DNA of 60,216 nt, the filler included. It is 7 parts of 7 records of this genome, joined end to end, with 100 filler letters (N's around TTAATTAATTAA, not from the genome) between each part and the next. Parts side by side here need not be neighbours in the genome. Positions count along the whole stretch, not along the records: positions 28,050 to 33,810 come from SRR31147125_173; positions 33,911 to 41,182 come from SRR31147125_175; positions 41,283 to 53,117 come from SRR31147125_200; 4 more parts are not named here. One strand, given 5' to 3'. The notes under the pieces were generated by a model. The model had not been told where the DNA came from and ran no database searches. It saw only the letters and a list, made by a program, of their open reading frames with translations. The stretch's first letter is position 1, and each line of letters opens with the position of its first letter. Position numbers and translations under genes: made by a program. Of this stretch, positions 30,878 to 43,025 are shown one piece after another.

Positions 30878-31464
30878 TCATCTCCCACAAATATTTTTAT
30901 AGCAGCAGTCATGGCATCTATTCTTATATTTTGTTGCTTGCGGATACTTACCGTTTTTGATTATTTCACTCACAGCTATAACAGTATCAATAAGTCTATC
31001 AAAATCTTTTTTTTAAATTCAATTTTTACAAGTTTATTTTTGCTTTTCGTATATACAATATATCCACAATGAACTGGTAATTCATAGTTATCTTTGATTA
31101 ATTGACCATAAAAAATCAGCTGAAGCCTATAGGTTGAAAAAAGCCTGTCTTTATATAAGGCAAACTTGTAATCAAGCGGAGCTGCAGTATTGTCATTAAA
31201 AAATAATACTTCATCCACGACGCCTCTGATACCTATTCTGCTTTTTAAATAGACATCTTCTTTTTTTCCGGTGACATTAAGCTTTTTCCTTAGATACCCC
31301 GGATTTGTTTTCCGAATCTGTTCATGTATTAGCCTTCCCTTCTGAACTTTGAAGCGGTTCCCTTCTTTCTGGGGAATATCCAAGACATACTCGAAATATG
31401 TAAATCGGGGGCAAAACATATATTCGATTATCTGAGATGCTGTTAATGAGGCTTTAAGATTCAT
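30878..31464 (-). CDS. cas4: CRISPR-associated exonuclease Cas4 (1-bp frameshift in the run at 31007-31014)
   Basis: EYMFCPR, GVVDEV..PLDYK and QL..Y motifs. Adding one A restores ...KNRCHDCCYKNICGR* with the C-terminal Fe-S cysteines. Confidence 0.9.
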
Positions 31465-31465
31465 A

Positions 31466-33810
31466 TTAGATACTTAGACTTTCAGAAAGAGGTTGTTTGG
31501 GTTCTTCACACATCCCTATTTTTTTATCATATGCATAGGTTGCCTGATTATCATAAGAGATATACCTGTATGGATAATTCTTAACCGCCGGATTTATATC
31601 ATGCGGTTCAATAATACTGCTGAACGCAATGAGCTCATTGTTATATACGGAAATTGAAAAGCCATTTAATGCGTATTTCAACTTCTCCACCCTTAATAAT
31701 ATGCTTTCCTTTTCTGTTCTTGACAGATCATTTTCTTTGAGTTTCTTTTGACAACTCAGCAGTGTCTCCATATCTTCCTGGGCCTGTCTTGTTGCTAAGA
31801 TAAAAAGCCTTGTGGTCGATTGGTTTTCCTCAATCAAAGAAAATTCAGATACCGGTACCTGGTCTTCAGCCTTTTTGTCATAGTTGAGGTCACGCACAGC
31901 CGAAATAATCTTATTGCTTTTTGCCGCAAAGTTGAATTGATCAAAATACCCCTCTGACAATTCAAGGAAATCTATACTTTGATAAGCATTTTTTGAGATG
32001 ATTCGATTGACATACTGGGTTAGTATCGATTTATAGATACGATGGTTATTTAGATTCATCAGGATCATTTCGCCCCCAAGAACACCATATTCTCCATTTC
32101 GGTTACACCGGCCGGCAACCTGAATAATTGAATCCATCGGACCAAAATCTCTGATAACAGTTTTAAAGCTGAAGTCCACACCTGCCTCAACCAATTGGGT
32201 TGATACAACAATCACCTTCTCTTTATTTCTTATACGTTTTTTTATTTCATAAATTTGGCTTGTTCTGTCTCGGGGTATTAATTTTGTGGTCAAACAATAC
32301 AGTTCATAACCCGGAAATATATCTTTAAACGCCTGGTATAAAAATTGTGCATGTTTTTTTGTGTTTACAACAATAAGGCAGTTTTGACCTGTAAAGTAAC
32401 CTCGAAAAAATTCAATAAAATCATCAATGGACGAAAGTTCGGGTTTAGCCGTCAGACGAACCCGATTAAAAATATCTGAAGTCATATATTTTTTATGATC
32501 CACAACCGGCACAATCTTAACATTTTCCAAGATTTTCGGTTGGGTGGCAGTAACAAGGACAAAATAGGTATTAAACCTTTCTCCTAAGACACTAAAAGTG
32601 CTGTCAATCAGCTTATAGTAATCCGGATCAATATTCTGGACTTCATCAAGTATAATGATTGAGTTAACGATATTATGAAATTTTTTCAAAAAGCGGTTCC
32701 GATTTCCAATGATTGAGTGGAAAAGCTGAACAAATGTTGTGACGACAACTGCTGAACACCAAGACTCTACAAAAAGTCGGTCATCAAGATAGTCCTTGTA
32801 TTGGCCATATTCATTGTTTTGCCTATTGAGGATCTTTTTTTCTGTCAGGCAATGATGCTTTAAAAGATACCGGTTCGGCCTTTCATGGTACCCCTGGTTT
32901 GTATGCTTGATTATACGTTCAAATTCCAAATAATTCTGATCTATAATTGAAGTGTAGGGCAGGCAATAAACTATCCTTCCAGAACCTTTTGGCAACTGCT
33001 GTTTAAGCTTATCGGCAAAGGCCAGACAACCGAAGGTTTTTCCTATCCCTGTGGGAGCGGTTATCGTGTAAAAGTGGTTCGTACTTGAAACATTTGTATT
33101 ACCGTTTATTTCAGATAAAAAATCATTTCTCAATTGGTTGACAGGGTCATACGGGTTGAATTTTTCAGGCTCCTTCTCTTTGCAAGAATTGATAAATGAT
33201 TCAATATCTATTATTTTTTCTTCAAGGTTATTTTTAAAATAGTCATCTTGAAGGCGTGCCGCATCATGCTTGTCATAATCAATCAAAAGGGAGAAAAGGA
33301 AATTGACAATGAAAAAGAACTCGATGCGATCTACGTCGGAAATATCCATTTCCTCTATAAATTCATCGGAGTCAGAACTTATGAAGGATTGGAATTCCTC
33401 CAAATCAATATCTTCAATCAATGCGATTTCAATACCATGCTCAAAATAAAACTGGATTAACTCCGTTGAGTAGGTTTCAAACAGATTTCGACGCTGATCT
33501 TTAAAAAGGCAAAATTAGGCCCACTGTCCGTCATGTCAAAAGCGGTTAAATTCCCATGGTGCGCCAGGATGATGTGGAAGGCGGCATATGCCCACAATCG
33601 GCCAAGTTCCCCTTTAAATTCGTTCTGAATAACAGCATGGCAGGAGACGGCGGAAAAAAGGCTGTGATAGGTAAGTCCGCTTTTTCTACCTTTGTTTTGA
33701 AGATAGTTCTGGAAATACCATGTGGCTTTACCTAAATCATGCATCAGCCCGATGATCAGCCCCAGGCGCTGCAGCTGGGCCTGGTCGATGAGGGTTAGGG
33801 TCATTTTTTT
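31466..33810 (-). CDS. cas3: CRISPR-associated Cas3 (HD nuclease + SF2 helicase), 5'-truncated, frameshifted near 33420-33480; type I-B-like
   Basis: HD domain HDLGKA..FQ and HHGNL; SLLIDYDK; helicase APTGIGKT, LDEVQ, TAT, STQLVEAGVD and QVAGRCNR. Confidence 0.93.
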
Positions 33811-33910
33811 NNNNNNNNNNNNNNNNNNNNNNNNNNNNNNNNNNNNNNNNNNNNTTAATTAATTAANNNNNNNNNNNNNNNNNNNNNNNNNNNNNNNNNN
33901 NNNNNNNNNN
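33811..33910. other. Artificial contig linker
   Basis: 44 N + TTAATTAATTAA + 44 N. Confidence 0.98.
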
Positions 33911-34708
33911 TGCATCTAATTTTACTTGAGTTTTTGGTTTTAAAAAGTATGTTATGTAATTAGGGTTAAAAAACATATGAAATGTTGTGTCTGGATGTTT
34001 TTCAACATAGGGAATTATATTTTTATCCAACATATCTTTTGTGATTTCTAAATATGTATCTTTTGGAAGCATCTCTTGTTTAACAAAAGTATTTTGGATT
34101 ACAAAATCTTCACCACCAAAATTTGCAGGACCAAGTTTTTTGTTCGCTTTTTCCCGAAAAGATAAAATATCATTTAAATCTGTATTGGGTACTTTTTTCC
34201 TCATAAAAAAAAGATTTTTCAAGGAAGAAAAAAACAAATTTTTGTTTAAAAGATATTTTATATCATTTAATGTGCTTTCATCATACAGATAATCTGGCAC
34301 AGTGTTTTCAATCATATCGGCTGGAGAAATTAACGAGAAAATATCAACGCCATAAAAAATATTATCAACTTCATTTTTGCTTGAAAATATTACATCTTGG
34401 ATATACTTTAAGTTTAAACTATAAGCTTGTAAATATGAAAGCCGTACAGTTTTTGTATCAAAAAATTCATCTATATCATAGATAGAATAATTCATTGTAA
34501 CGGAGCTTCCCATCAAAACTGAGTTATAGTCGAAGTTTTTAGCAATTCCTGGGTTTTGAAATGTATCATTGGAAATATCGTAACCATAGTCTGATATTGG
34601 TTTATGATAAAACATCAATGGGTCTACAATATATATAGTGCCAGCAATAATGATAAAAAATACAATTGCAATGCTTAGTGTTGTAATGATCCATTTGTTT
34701 ACTTTCAT
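33911..34708 (-). CDS. Membrane-anchored SGNH-like O-acyltransferase partner of the MBOAT, 3'-truncated
   Basis: N-terminal TM, then VDP..YH, QNPGIAKNFDY..GSS; directly downstream of the MBOAT. Confidence 0.65.
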
Positions 34709-34729
34709 TATGATCTACTCCTTTTAATG

Positions 34730-36195
34730 CTAAAAGTTAAAGTATAAAAACGTGCTCACACCCGAAAAGTTTACTATTGATAATACAAGTAAAATTGCTA
34801 TTGCAACAGAATATGTTAATTTTGGTTTAAACTTTTCAATAAGCGTATTGGTGTTTGGTGTAAACAAAACTATAAAAAATGCAAGCAAGATATAGCCAAT
34901 CATACATGCACACGAAATATAGTAACTTATAGTTTCGTTAACAGATTTAATAAAAGGCATAGCCCTTTTTAACATATCAAAATAAAAAATTTCGGAGAAT
35001 TCATGATTGATATTAATAAATCCACCAGTAAAAACTTTATCAAAGCAAGTTATGGCCGATGTCATATTGGGTGCTCTAAATATTAAAAAAGTGATGCAAA
35101 CAAATATAAAAGTTACAGCCCAATTTATTATTTTAGGAATTTTTTCAATTTGTTTTTCAAATATTCGGTTAACAATATTTAATATTCCCCAAATTGCCCC
35201 CCAAATTATAAATGTCCACGCAGAACCATGCCAAAATCCACTGACGAGAAACACGATGAAAATATTTAAGTATGTTCTAAATGTGCCTTTTTTATTTCCA
35301 CCTAAAGGAAAATACAAATATTTTCGCATAAACCTTGTAAGTGTAATATGCCATCTTTTCCAATACTCAATAGTAGATGTTGCTTTATAAGGAGAATTGA
35401 AGTTTTGCGGCAATTTAATATTAAACATATAGCCAATACCCGTTGCCATATCGCAGTAGCCAGAAAAATCAAAGTAGATCTGGAAAGTGTAACTTAATAT
35501 AACTAATAGTGCAGAAGTTGCAGAAAGTGTGCTTACGCTTGTAAAGCCTAAATCGACAACACTTCCAAATATATCTGCAATCAAGATTTTTTTGAAAGCC
35601 CGATAGCAAACGCTGTTATACCTTTTGCAAAATTTTCGCTGTTAAACTTCTTCTTTGTACTGTCTAAAAACTGAGGTATTACCTCATCGTGAGTAACAAT
35701 TGGACCTGCTATTAGCTGAGGGAAATATGCCACAAACGAGGAGTAGTATATAAAATTGTAATTTGGGACTTGTTTTCTATAACAATCTATTACGTAAGAA
35801 AGCTGTTGGAATGTAAAAAAACTTATTCCGAGTGGAAGCAAAATGTTTTTAAGATTGTAACTTGTATTAAAAACTGTATTTATATTTGAAACAAAAAAAT
35901 CATAATATTTGAAATAAACAAAAATGCCTAAGTTTATACAGATGGCAAATATTAAAAGTATTTTTCTATACACGCTGTCTTGTATCTTGAAAAATGTTTT
36001 ATTGATACTAAAGTTAAAAAGTATACTAAAAACAATAAGTGTAAGGTAAGATACGTTAAAATATGCGTAAAATATAAGTGAAGTTATAAGCAACCACACT
36101 TGACCCAATTTTGCTGAAAACTTATTTATTACAAAATATAAGAATAAAGTTATCGGTAAAAACGCAAATATGAATATATATGAATTGAATAGCAT
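34730..36195 (-). CDS. MBOAT O-acyltransferase (AlgI/DltB-like), split by a frameshift near 35585
   Basis: LPLGISFFTFQ, FPQLIAGPI, QIYFDFSGY, WKRWHITL, SGFWHG and FLYFNF. Confidence 0.92.
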
Positions 36196-36340
36196 TGTTT
36201 ATCCCTTAAGTAATTTATAATCATATTATATTATCACAGCGGAATCTACAAGGTCAATAAAAAATATTTGAATGGGCGTAGTGCGTTTTTTATTTAACCT
36301 TTTGAGGTCTATAAAATAAACATAAGTAAAACTAGCAATA

Positions 36341-38724
36341 CTAACTACACAATGCTTTATAATTTTTATTTTTTTCTACGATCCTGCCTACTACAATTGT
36401 TATATCATCCTGTTGTTTTTTAACGTCAAGAGTAGCTTGTAAAACCCTGTCCGCCACTACTTGGGGGTTTTTGTTTCCTTTAATAGCGTCAAGTATCCAA
36501 TCATCACTTTGATGAATATCGGCAACGCCATCAGAAAACATTATGATCAAATCTCCATCAGCAATGTTCTTTGTGTCTGTCATAGGTACAAAAGCATCAA
36601 GAATCCCAAGCGGCAATGCACTTGAAGAAATCTTAGTAATGCTAGAACCTCTTATAAGGTATGAATGAGGTGCTCCTATCTTTGTGAATTTTAAACTCCC
36701 TTTAATAAGGTCTATAACGCACATATCAACAGTAGAAAACATTTCATCAGGGCTTTTTAATATAAGCAGTTTATTGATTGTGTTTAAAACAGTCTGCTCA
36801 TCAAATTGTGCGTGGAAAAAATTTTCAAGTAAAAGTGCAGTAGCTTCGCTTTCTCGTCTAGCTTTATTCCCGCTACCCATTCCATCGCATATGAGCATCA
36901 TATATTTCCCATTTTCCAGACCATAGAACGAATGACTGTCACCGCAAACGCCTTTTTTAGAAATCGTAGCAAGGCCAGTGTATATACTAAACCTTTTGAG
37001 CTGCTGATATCTGGTTATGCAGTATTTTTTGCCGTATCCTGTACACCTATCTGTAGATACCATCATGCGTTTACCGCAACTTTTGGATATTATTTTTTCA
37101 ATATTACCTTTGCATTTTTCTTCTCGTTTGCATGACGTCATTTTTACGCTTACTGCAATTGAACCAAACGAATCCTCAACACACACTTCTTTTGGTCTAT
37201 ATCCCTTTATAGATAAATTTTCAAATATTTCATCTTCAAGATCACCCATAAACATAAAACCGCTAGAGATTTTGCTTGAAATATCTTTAATAACCTTTGA
37301 AACACCGCATAACTGCTCTCCTGCCACCACTTTGCTTTCCTCAACTTTTTTCTTCCATCTAAGGTTGATTAGATAGTTATAAAAAGCTATATTAGCGCAG
37401 TCATAAAGCTTTTGTGATTTTAAGCATGACGATAAAAAAGCTTTGGATTTTTCATCTAATACGATTACACCATCTTTTTCATAGGACATAAACATGCAAT
37501 TGATACTGTTGTAGGATTCTAAAAACGAATCCTCCCAACACTTATTAATGTTTTTGCAATTAAAGCAAACATCCTTTGTTATATTGCTTAAAACCTTAGA
37601 TATATTGCCTTTAAAATTTATGTTTTGTTTTGCTGTTGAAACAAACAGATTTCCTGTGTTTAAAAATACTTGTGCAATTTCATTGAGTCTGTTTGATGTC
37701 ATGCTTTTAAATCTATTTAAATGCAGCTCAGATTTATTTATGTTTTTGTTTTGCATTCTTATTTTTAATTGGATATTTGCAAAAGTTTTTCTGGCATGGA
37801 TGAAAAAATAAAAGATGCAAGTAATACCTCTAATAACCTCGTAACACTTAAATTTATACCTTGTTGGATATAGCCTACTATTATTGAGAACATTAAATAG
37901 CTAGCAATAATCATAAGCTTTTTAAATTTATTAAGGAGAAGGCTTTGTGAACTTGCTAAACAAAATATGAGCAAAAAGCTATAATCAAAATTGGATAAAA
38001 AACAATAGGTCATTGATATGAATAATGAGATTAAAATACATAAGCTTTCACTAAAAATAATACAGGATATCATTGATAATAAAATAAGTAGAATATTATA
38101 CATATAAATACCACCATAGTTAATGTTATGAAGAGGGCTTAATGCAAAAGTTGTAATAACAAATATGGAAACGATGGATTCTTTTTTTATGACACAATTG
38201 TAACTTATGTTTTTTATAAACATATACGAATAATTGATTACTAAAATTAGTAGTATACACATTAATGTTTCAATGGATTGTATAATTATAGAATCCATTG
38301 AATATAGTTTAAATACACAAATATTTGTTGCTGCTGTTATTATTTTTATAACAGCACAGGTTATGATGTTAAATGTAACAAATCCATTTGCGATGATGCT
38401 TATCATAAAAATTGCAACAAACTGAATACTTAGTTTAATTACATCGTACGAACCTGAAAGGCTAACTAAAATTAAACAAGCCATTAAACAAAGAATAGGA
38501 CTGATTTTGTTTTGATAAAAAGCAAACAGAAGCATAGCATAGGGGAATGGGTTTAACCCTTTAAGAAGCTGGATATTAAAGAGTGAAAATAAAATAAATA
38601 TAAAGACTGTATTTTCTAAAATAATACCGTAGATATTTGAGCGACGTTTGTGTTTAGCTTTTGTCATATATTTTTCCTCGATTTTTTGGTGTGTAGTATA
38701 AAAAGTATAGATTTTGAAGGTCAA
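36341..38724 (-). CDS. spoIIE: Stage II sporulation protein E (TM region + PP2C phosphatase), split by an A-run frameshift near 37785
   Basis: Multi-TM N-terminal part; VC..C..CW; PP2C motifs CGDS, CDGMGSG, FSTVD, FSDGV and DDIT. Confidence 0.85.
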
Positions 38725-38831
38725 ATTAACTGTCGTGTTGTGTAACTTTCAGTTCACTAAAAATAAGGATATATGCGAATTTTTGAAACGACATAGCTTA
38801 AGATAATGTATCAATAAGAAAAAAATTATGC

Positions 38832-38860
38832 TTGAAAAATATTTTGAATTATGTGATAAT
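38832..38860 (+). promoter_or_regulatory. Sigma-A promoter for the FMN riboswitch/ribU transcript
   Basis: ttgaaa-N17-gataat with an upstream TG extension. Confidence 0.6.
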
Positions 38861-38872
38861 AAATAAAAATCT

Positions 38873-38981
38873 AATATCTTCGGGGTTGGGTGAGATTCCC
38901 ATACCGGTGGTTATAGCCCACGAGCGTAAGCTGATATGGTGAAATTCCATAGCCGACAGTATAGTCTGGATGAAAGAAGTT
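38873..38981 (+). ncRNA. FMN riboswitch (RFN element)
   Basis: atcttcgggg..gggtgagattccc.accggtggt..agcccacgagc..gat.tggtgaaattcca.agccgacagtatagtctggatgaaagaag matches the RFN consensus; lies upstream of ribU. Confidence 0.96.
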
Positions 38982-38996
38982 TGATATTCTTTTGCT

Positions 38997-39030
38997 AGCC
39001 TCGGTATTATGTACTGGGCTTTTTTATTTT
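38997..39030 (+). terminator. Riboswitch-controlled intrinsic terminator
   Basis: agcctcggtat-tat-gtactgggct followed by a T-run. Confidence 0.8.
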
Positions 39031-39126
39031 TTAGCGGATAAATGTCTTAAACACTTATGATTACCTTTTTTGATATTGGATAAAAATATTAACACATTGT
39101 GATGTGTGAAATGAGGTAAATTTGTT

Positions 39127-39657
39127 ATGAACAACAATTTGAATTATTTAGTAAAAGTAGGGGTACTGTCTGCAATAGCTTTGGTACTATACTACATAGA
39201 ATTTCCAATCATTCCAGCAGCACCGTGGCTAATGGCTGATTTTAGTGAGGTTCCTGTTTTGATTGGTGGGTTTGCATTAGGACCAATCGCTGGTATAATA
39301 ATTGAAGTGCTAAAAAACTTGCTGCATCTTTTGTTTAAAGGAGCAACTGGTGGAGTGGGAGAATTTGTTAACCTAATTTTAGGGCTTGCTTTTGTTCTAC
39401 CTGCACTTTATATATATAAAAGCAGAAAGAATAGACTGAGAGCTGTTATTGGTATGCTTATTGGTGTGTGTTTGGCGTGTTTAGCATCTATAATGATAAA
39501 CTATTTATTGATATCAACTGGAATTTGGCCTTTACCGGGTGATGTATGGGATTATATTATTGCGAGTGCTATACCTTTTACTGCAATTAAATATTTGTTA
39601 AATTCTGTAGTTGTTTTCCTTATCTATCCAAGGCTTTCTAGTGTCCTGCATAAATAG
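39127..39657 (+). CDS. ribU: ECF transporter S component for riboflavin
   Basis: EFPI.P..WL..DFSEVP..GP..G..KNLL motif; downstream of the FMN riboswitch. Confidence 0.9.
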   Translation: MNNNLNYLVKVGVLSAIALVLYYIEFPIIPAAPWLMADFSEVPVLIGGFALGPIAGIIIEVLKNLLHLLFKGATGGVGEFVNLILGLAFVLPALYIYKSRKNRLRAVIGMLIGVCLACLASIMINYLLISTGIWPLPGDVWDYIIASAIPFTAIKYLLNSVVVFLIYPRLSSVLHK

Positions 39658-39692
39658 ATATTAGCACTATTTTTATTTTTGAAAGGCAAACA

Positions 39693-40112
39693 ATGAAACA
39701 ATATTTTACTGAAAATGAAAATCAAACAAAAAAATATGCACAAAACCTTGCAAAAGAAATCGAACCTGGCGCTGTGATTGCTCTTACAGGTGATCTTGGT
39801 GCCGGCAAAACTGCTTTTGTAAAAGGGTTTGCTAAAGGGCTTGGTATAAATGATCATATTTTAAGCCCAACTTTTACTTTGCTAAGACAGTACAAAGGGT
39901 TAAATCACTTTGATGTCTATAGAATAGATGATATTTCGGAGCTTTTTGAAATAGGCTTTAATGAGTTTTTAGAAGATAACAACATAACTATAATAGAATG
40001 GGCTAATTTGATTTATGATATTTTACCTTCAAATACAATTTATGTTGATATTAAAAAAGGTAATGGCGATAATATAAGAATAATTAATATTTCGGACGAG
40101 GTGATGGTTTGA
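39693..40112 (+). CDS. tsaE: tRNA t6A biosynthesis ATPase TsaE
   Basis: GDLGAGKT, SPTFTL, HFDVYR and IEWA. Confidence 0.95.
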   Translation: MKQYFTENENQTKKYAQNLAKEIEPGAVIALTGDLGAGKTAFVKGFAKGLGINDHILSPTFTLLRQYKGLNHFDVYRIDDISELFEIGFNEFLEDNNITIIEWANLIYDILPSNTIYVDIKKGNGDNIRIINISDEVMV

Positions 40113-40801
40113 TAGTTTTAGCGATTGATACAACATATGAAACTTGCAGTGTGGCTATTGGAGAAAATGGAAAGCTGCTTTCTAGTGTTTATATACATAA
40201 TAAAAATACTCATTCTGTTAACTTAATGCCGCTAATAGACAATTGTTTAAAAAATATTGGGTTTGATATTGATGATATTGATGCGTTTGCAGTTTCAAAT
40301 GGACCTGGATCTTTTACTGGAATACGTATAGGCGTTTGTACAATAAAAGGATTTGCTCTTTCTAAACAAAAACCATGTATTTCTGTAAATACCCTAGATG
40401 CTCTTGCTGAAAACTGTAGTACATTTGTGGGTGATATCTATGCTTTAGTTGATGCAAGAAGGCAGGAATGTTACTTTGCCAGATATAATTCTGATGGCGC
40501 AAATGTTGAGAGAACTACTGAGTATGGTGCAGATAAATTAGAAACTATTTTAGATGATATTGATTGCGATAAAATTTGTTTTACAGGTGATGGAGCATTG
40601 CAATATAAGCAAAATATTTTAGAAAAATTGCAAGAGAAATGTGTTTTTGCAAAGGAAACAAATATTTTTCAATCTGCAGTTGGTGTTTTAAATGTTGCGT
40701 TTAAAAAGGCAGAGAATAATGAGTTTGTTTCTTCTTTAGATATAGCAGCTTATTATCATAGAGTTTCTCAAGCGGAAAGAATGAAAAACAATAATGGTTA
40801 A
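40109..40801 (+). CDS. tsaB: tRNA t6A biosynthesis protein TsaB
   Basis: LAIDT, HS..LMP, GPGSFTGIRIG and DARR. Confidence 0.95.
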   Translation: MIVLAIDTTYETCSVAIGENGKLLSSVYIHNKNTHSVNLMPLIDNCLKNIGFDIDDIDAFAVSNGPGSFTGIRIGVCTIKGFALSKQKPCISVNTLDALAENCSTFVGDIYALVDARRQECYFARYNSDGANVERTTEYGADKLETILDDIDCDKICFTGDGALQYKQNILEKLQEKCVFAKETNIFQSAVGVLNVAFKKAENNEFVSSLDIAAYYHRVSQAERMKNNNG

Positions 40802-41182
40802 CTATAGTATAGATTTTGCAAGTGTAAACGATATAGAAGGTATATATAGCGTTGAAGTTTCATGTTTTGAAGACCCATGGAGCAAAGAATTATTTTGTAG
40901 CGATATAGAAAAAAGTATTATAACAAAGTACTTTGTCGCAAAGGATATAAATGATAAGATTATTGGTTTTGGTGGAGTATATAATATAGTTGGAGAAGCA
41001 CATATTACAAATATTGCAGTTTTAAATGAATATCGCAATCAAGGAGTTGCTAGTTCAATTTTGGATAAAATTATGCTTTGGTCAATAAGCAATAAATGCT
41101 TTGGAATAACTTTGAAGTTAGGGTGTCAAATTTTAGTGCCATAAATTTGTATAAAAAATTTGGTTTTGTCATCGAAGGAACA
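40794..41182 (+). CDS. rimi: Ribosomal protein S18 alanine N-acetyltransferase, frameshift near 41112, 3'-truncated
   Basis: F.DPWS, HITNIAV..YRNQG; the shifted frame gives EVRVSN.SAINLYKKFGF; follows tsaE-tsaB. Confidence 0.88.
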
Positions 41183-41282
41183 NNNNNNNNNNNNNNNNNN
41201 NNNNNNNNNNNNNNNNNNNNNNNNNNTTAATTAATTAANNNNNNNNNNNNNNNNNNNNNNNNNNNNNNNNNNNNNNNNNNNN
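41183..41282. other. Artificial contig linker
   Basis: 44 N + TTAATTAATTAA + 44 N. Confidence 0.98.
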
Positions 41283-41321
41283 GTAGACTAATAATATTAA
41301 ACATACTAAAATTCGCGTTTT

Positions 41322-41990
41322 ATGGATCCACTTAATAAACAAGAAAGAAAAGAAGCAACCCTAAAAATGCTGGCATTTTTTCTTTTGGCAGTAGTAGTTG
41401 TTGCAGTACCCATGTATTTTGCTTTTAAAATGCCTGAAAAAGAGGCTGGCTGGAATGAAAAAGAATATAAAGACTTGTTCGATCGAATGGAACAAAATGA
41501 TCAGTTCGAGGCATTCTTTAAAGTTAAAACCGATTCGGCCCTTTCGCTTTATAGTGCTTACCAAGGCGAAACCGACGAGGTAGCTCGCGATAAGATTAGG
41601 ATACGTTATTCGAAAGTAATTACTGAGATGGAAGATTCTATGAGCAAAATAGAAGGGGATAGCGTAAAAGTGAGTTTGTACGATAATGTGATATTTACTT
41701 ACGATGATTTGTTTAGTGCCTGGAGCGAAAAGAATGTTGTACAAAAACAACTCGATGAGTGCCAGGAAAAAAGTCAAAGTCAGAGTCAGGCCTTGTCAGA
41801 AAAAGAAGAAATAATTTCGGTACACACTGAAAAGGCAGAAGAAGAAGAAAGCAAATCGTTACAAGAAAAAGAAATAGAGCTCATTAAAAAGGCCCTTGAA
41901 AAACATAACGGAAGTAAAAGCAGAGCTGCAAAAGAGCTTGGTACTACCGAACGAAAATTGCGCAAACGAATGAAAGAACTGGGAATATAA
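41322..41990 (+). CDS. tssO: T6SSiii membrane protein TssO fused to a C-terminal Fis-type HTH
   Basis: MDPLNKQER..LK...F N-terminus with a single TM as in TssO, in T6SS context. C-terminus EIELIKKALEKHNGSKSRAAKELGTTERKLRKRMKELGI is an HTH_8 pattern. Confidence 0.72.
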   Translation: MDPLNKQERKEATLKMLAFFLLAVVVVAVPMYFAFKMPEKEAGWNEKEYKDLFDRMEQNDQFEAFFKVKTDSALSLYSAYQGETDEVARDKIRIRYSKVITEMEDSMSKIEGDSVKVSLYDNVIFTYDDLFSAWSEKNVVQKQLDECQEKSQSQSQALSEKEEIISVHTEKAEEEESKSLQEKEIELIKKALEKHNGSKSRAAKELGTTERKLRKRMKELGI

Positions 41991-42056
41991 CACACCAGTT
42001 TGTTTAATAAATTCGGAAAGCTTTTCTTTTTTATGTGTTTATACTGGAAATGATAT

Positions 42057-43007
42057 ATGGCCATTGATGGAAAAATAGAAGAATTACTTCAGAACGTTTT
42101 CTACGATATTAAAGCAGAAGCAGTAATTGCTGATTTAATTGAAAATGGAGTAAATATTGATGAAGTTGTAGCCATTTCAAACGGTATTTTTAAAAGAAGA
42201 TATGCACGCGATATTGCTTCTACAGGTGAGGTGAAATTAAATAATGGGCAAAATTTGTTTGGCATTTATTTAAATCGCGACAGTATTTACAATACCTTAC
42301 CCGAAGGCCTTTTTCACGAAAGAAACAGGCGTCCGTCAGGCAGCAAAGAAAAATCGTCTGAAGATTCAAAAAAAATAAAACAGGAAGAAAAAGCAGCAAA
42401 AAATTTTTTCCTCCCTTTCGAGAATGAAATAATTCGCCAGCGTGTTCAGCTAGAATTGGAAGAACGAAAAGTATTAAGCCGATTTAGCGAGAAACTGTTC
42501 GACGATATTTATCCCGAATTATGGGATTTACATAAAGAATTAGACCGAAAATATGTTTACCGAATGGCATTGATGCTGCATTTTGCGCATAAAATTGCGG
42601 GTAATTTTAAACTAACTGCGCAATGTCTTGCTACCATACTCGACGAAAAAGTTGAGATTAATGTTATTAGTAATTCAGCTATTAAAAGTAAGGACAGAAA
42701 GCTGGACGTTACTTCGAATAAAATAAATGGACTGGGACAAAATAAGTTGGGAATTGACTTTGTTTGTGGCGATAAATTTGATGATTATGGTAAAACAATG
42801 GTTTTTAATATTGGGCCGTTAGAAAATACCAAAATATCGGATTACCTGCAAAATTGTGCCCTCGATAAATTTCTGGATTGTTTTTACAGTTACTTCGTTC
42901 CAATGGAGTACGACGTAAAAGCTAATATTGAAGTTGAGCCCTTAAAACAACAATTTGAACTGAGCGAAACTGGAGGTCCGGTTTTAGGATTTGAATCGTC
43001 GATATAA
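42057..43007 (+). CDS. tssG: T6SSiii baseplate subunit TssG
   Basis: DIKAE, G.FKR.Y..DI, R.SIY..LPEGLFH and A..FFLPFE.E motifs. Confidence 0.85.
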   Translation: MAIDGKIEELLQNVFYDIKAEAVIADLIENGVNIDEVVAISNGIFKRRYARDIASTGEVKLNNGQNLFGIYLNRDSIYNTLPEGLFHERNRRPSGSKEKSSEDSKKIKQEEKAAKNFFLPFENEIIRQRVQLELEERKVLSRFSEKLFDDIYPELWDLHKELDRKYVYRMALMLHFAHKIAGNFKLTAQCLATILDEKVEINVISNSAIKSKDRKLDVTSNKINGLGQNKLGIDFVCGDKFDDYGKTMVFNIGPLENTKISDYLQNCALDKFLDCFYSYFVPMEYDVKANIEVEPLKQQFELSETGGPVLGFESSI

Positions 43008-43025
43008 AAATATTTGTGTACTGAT

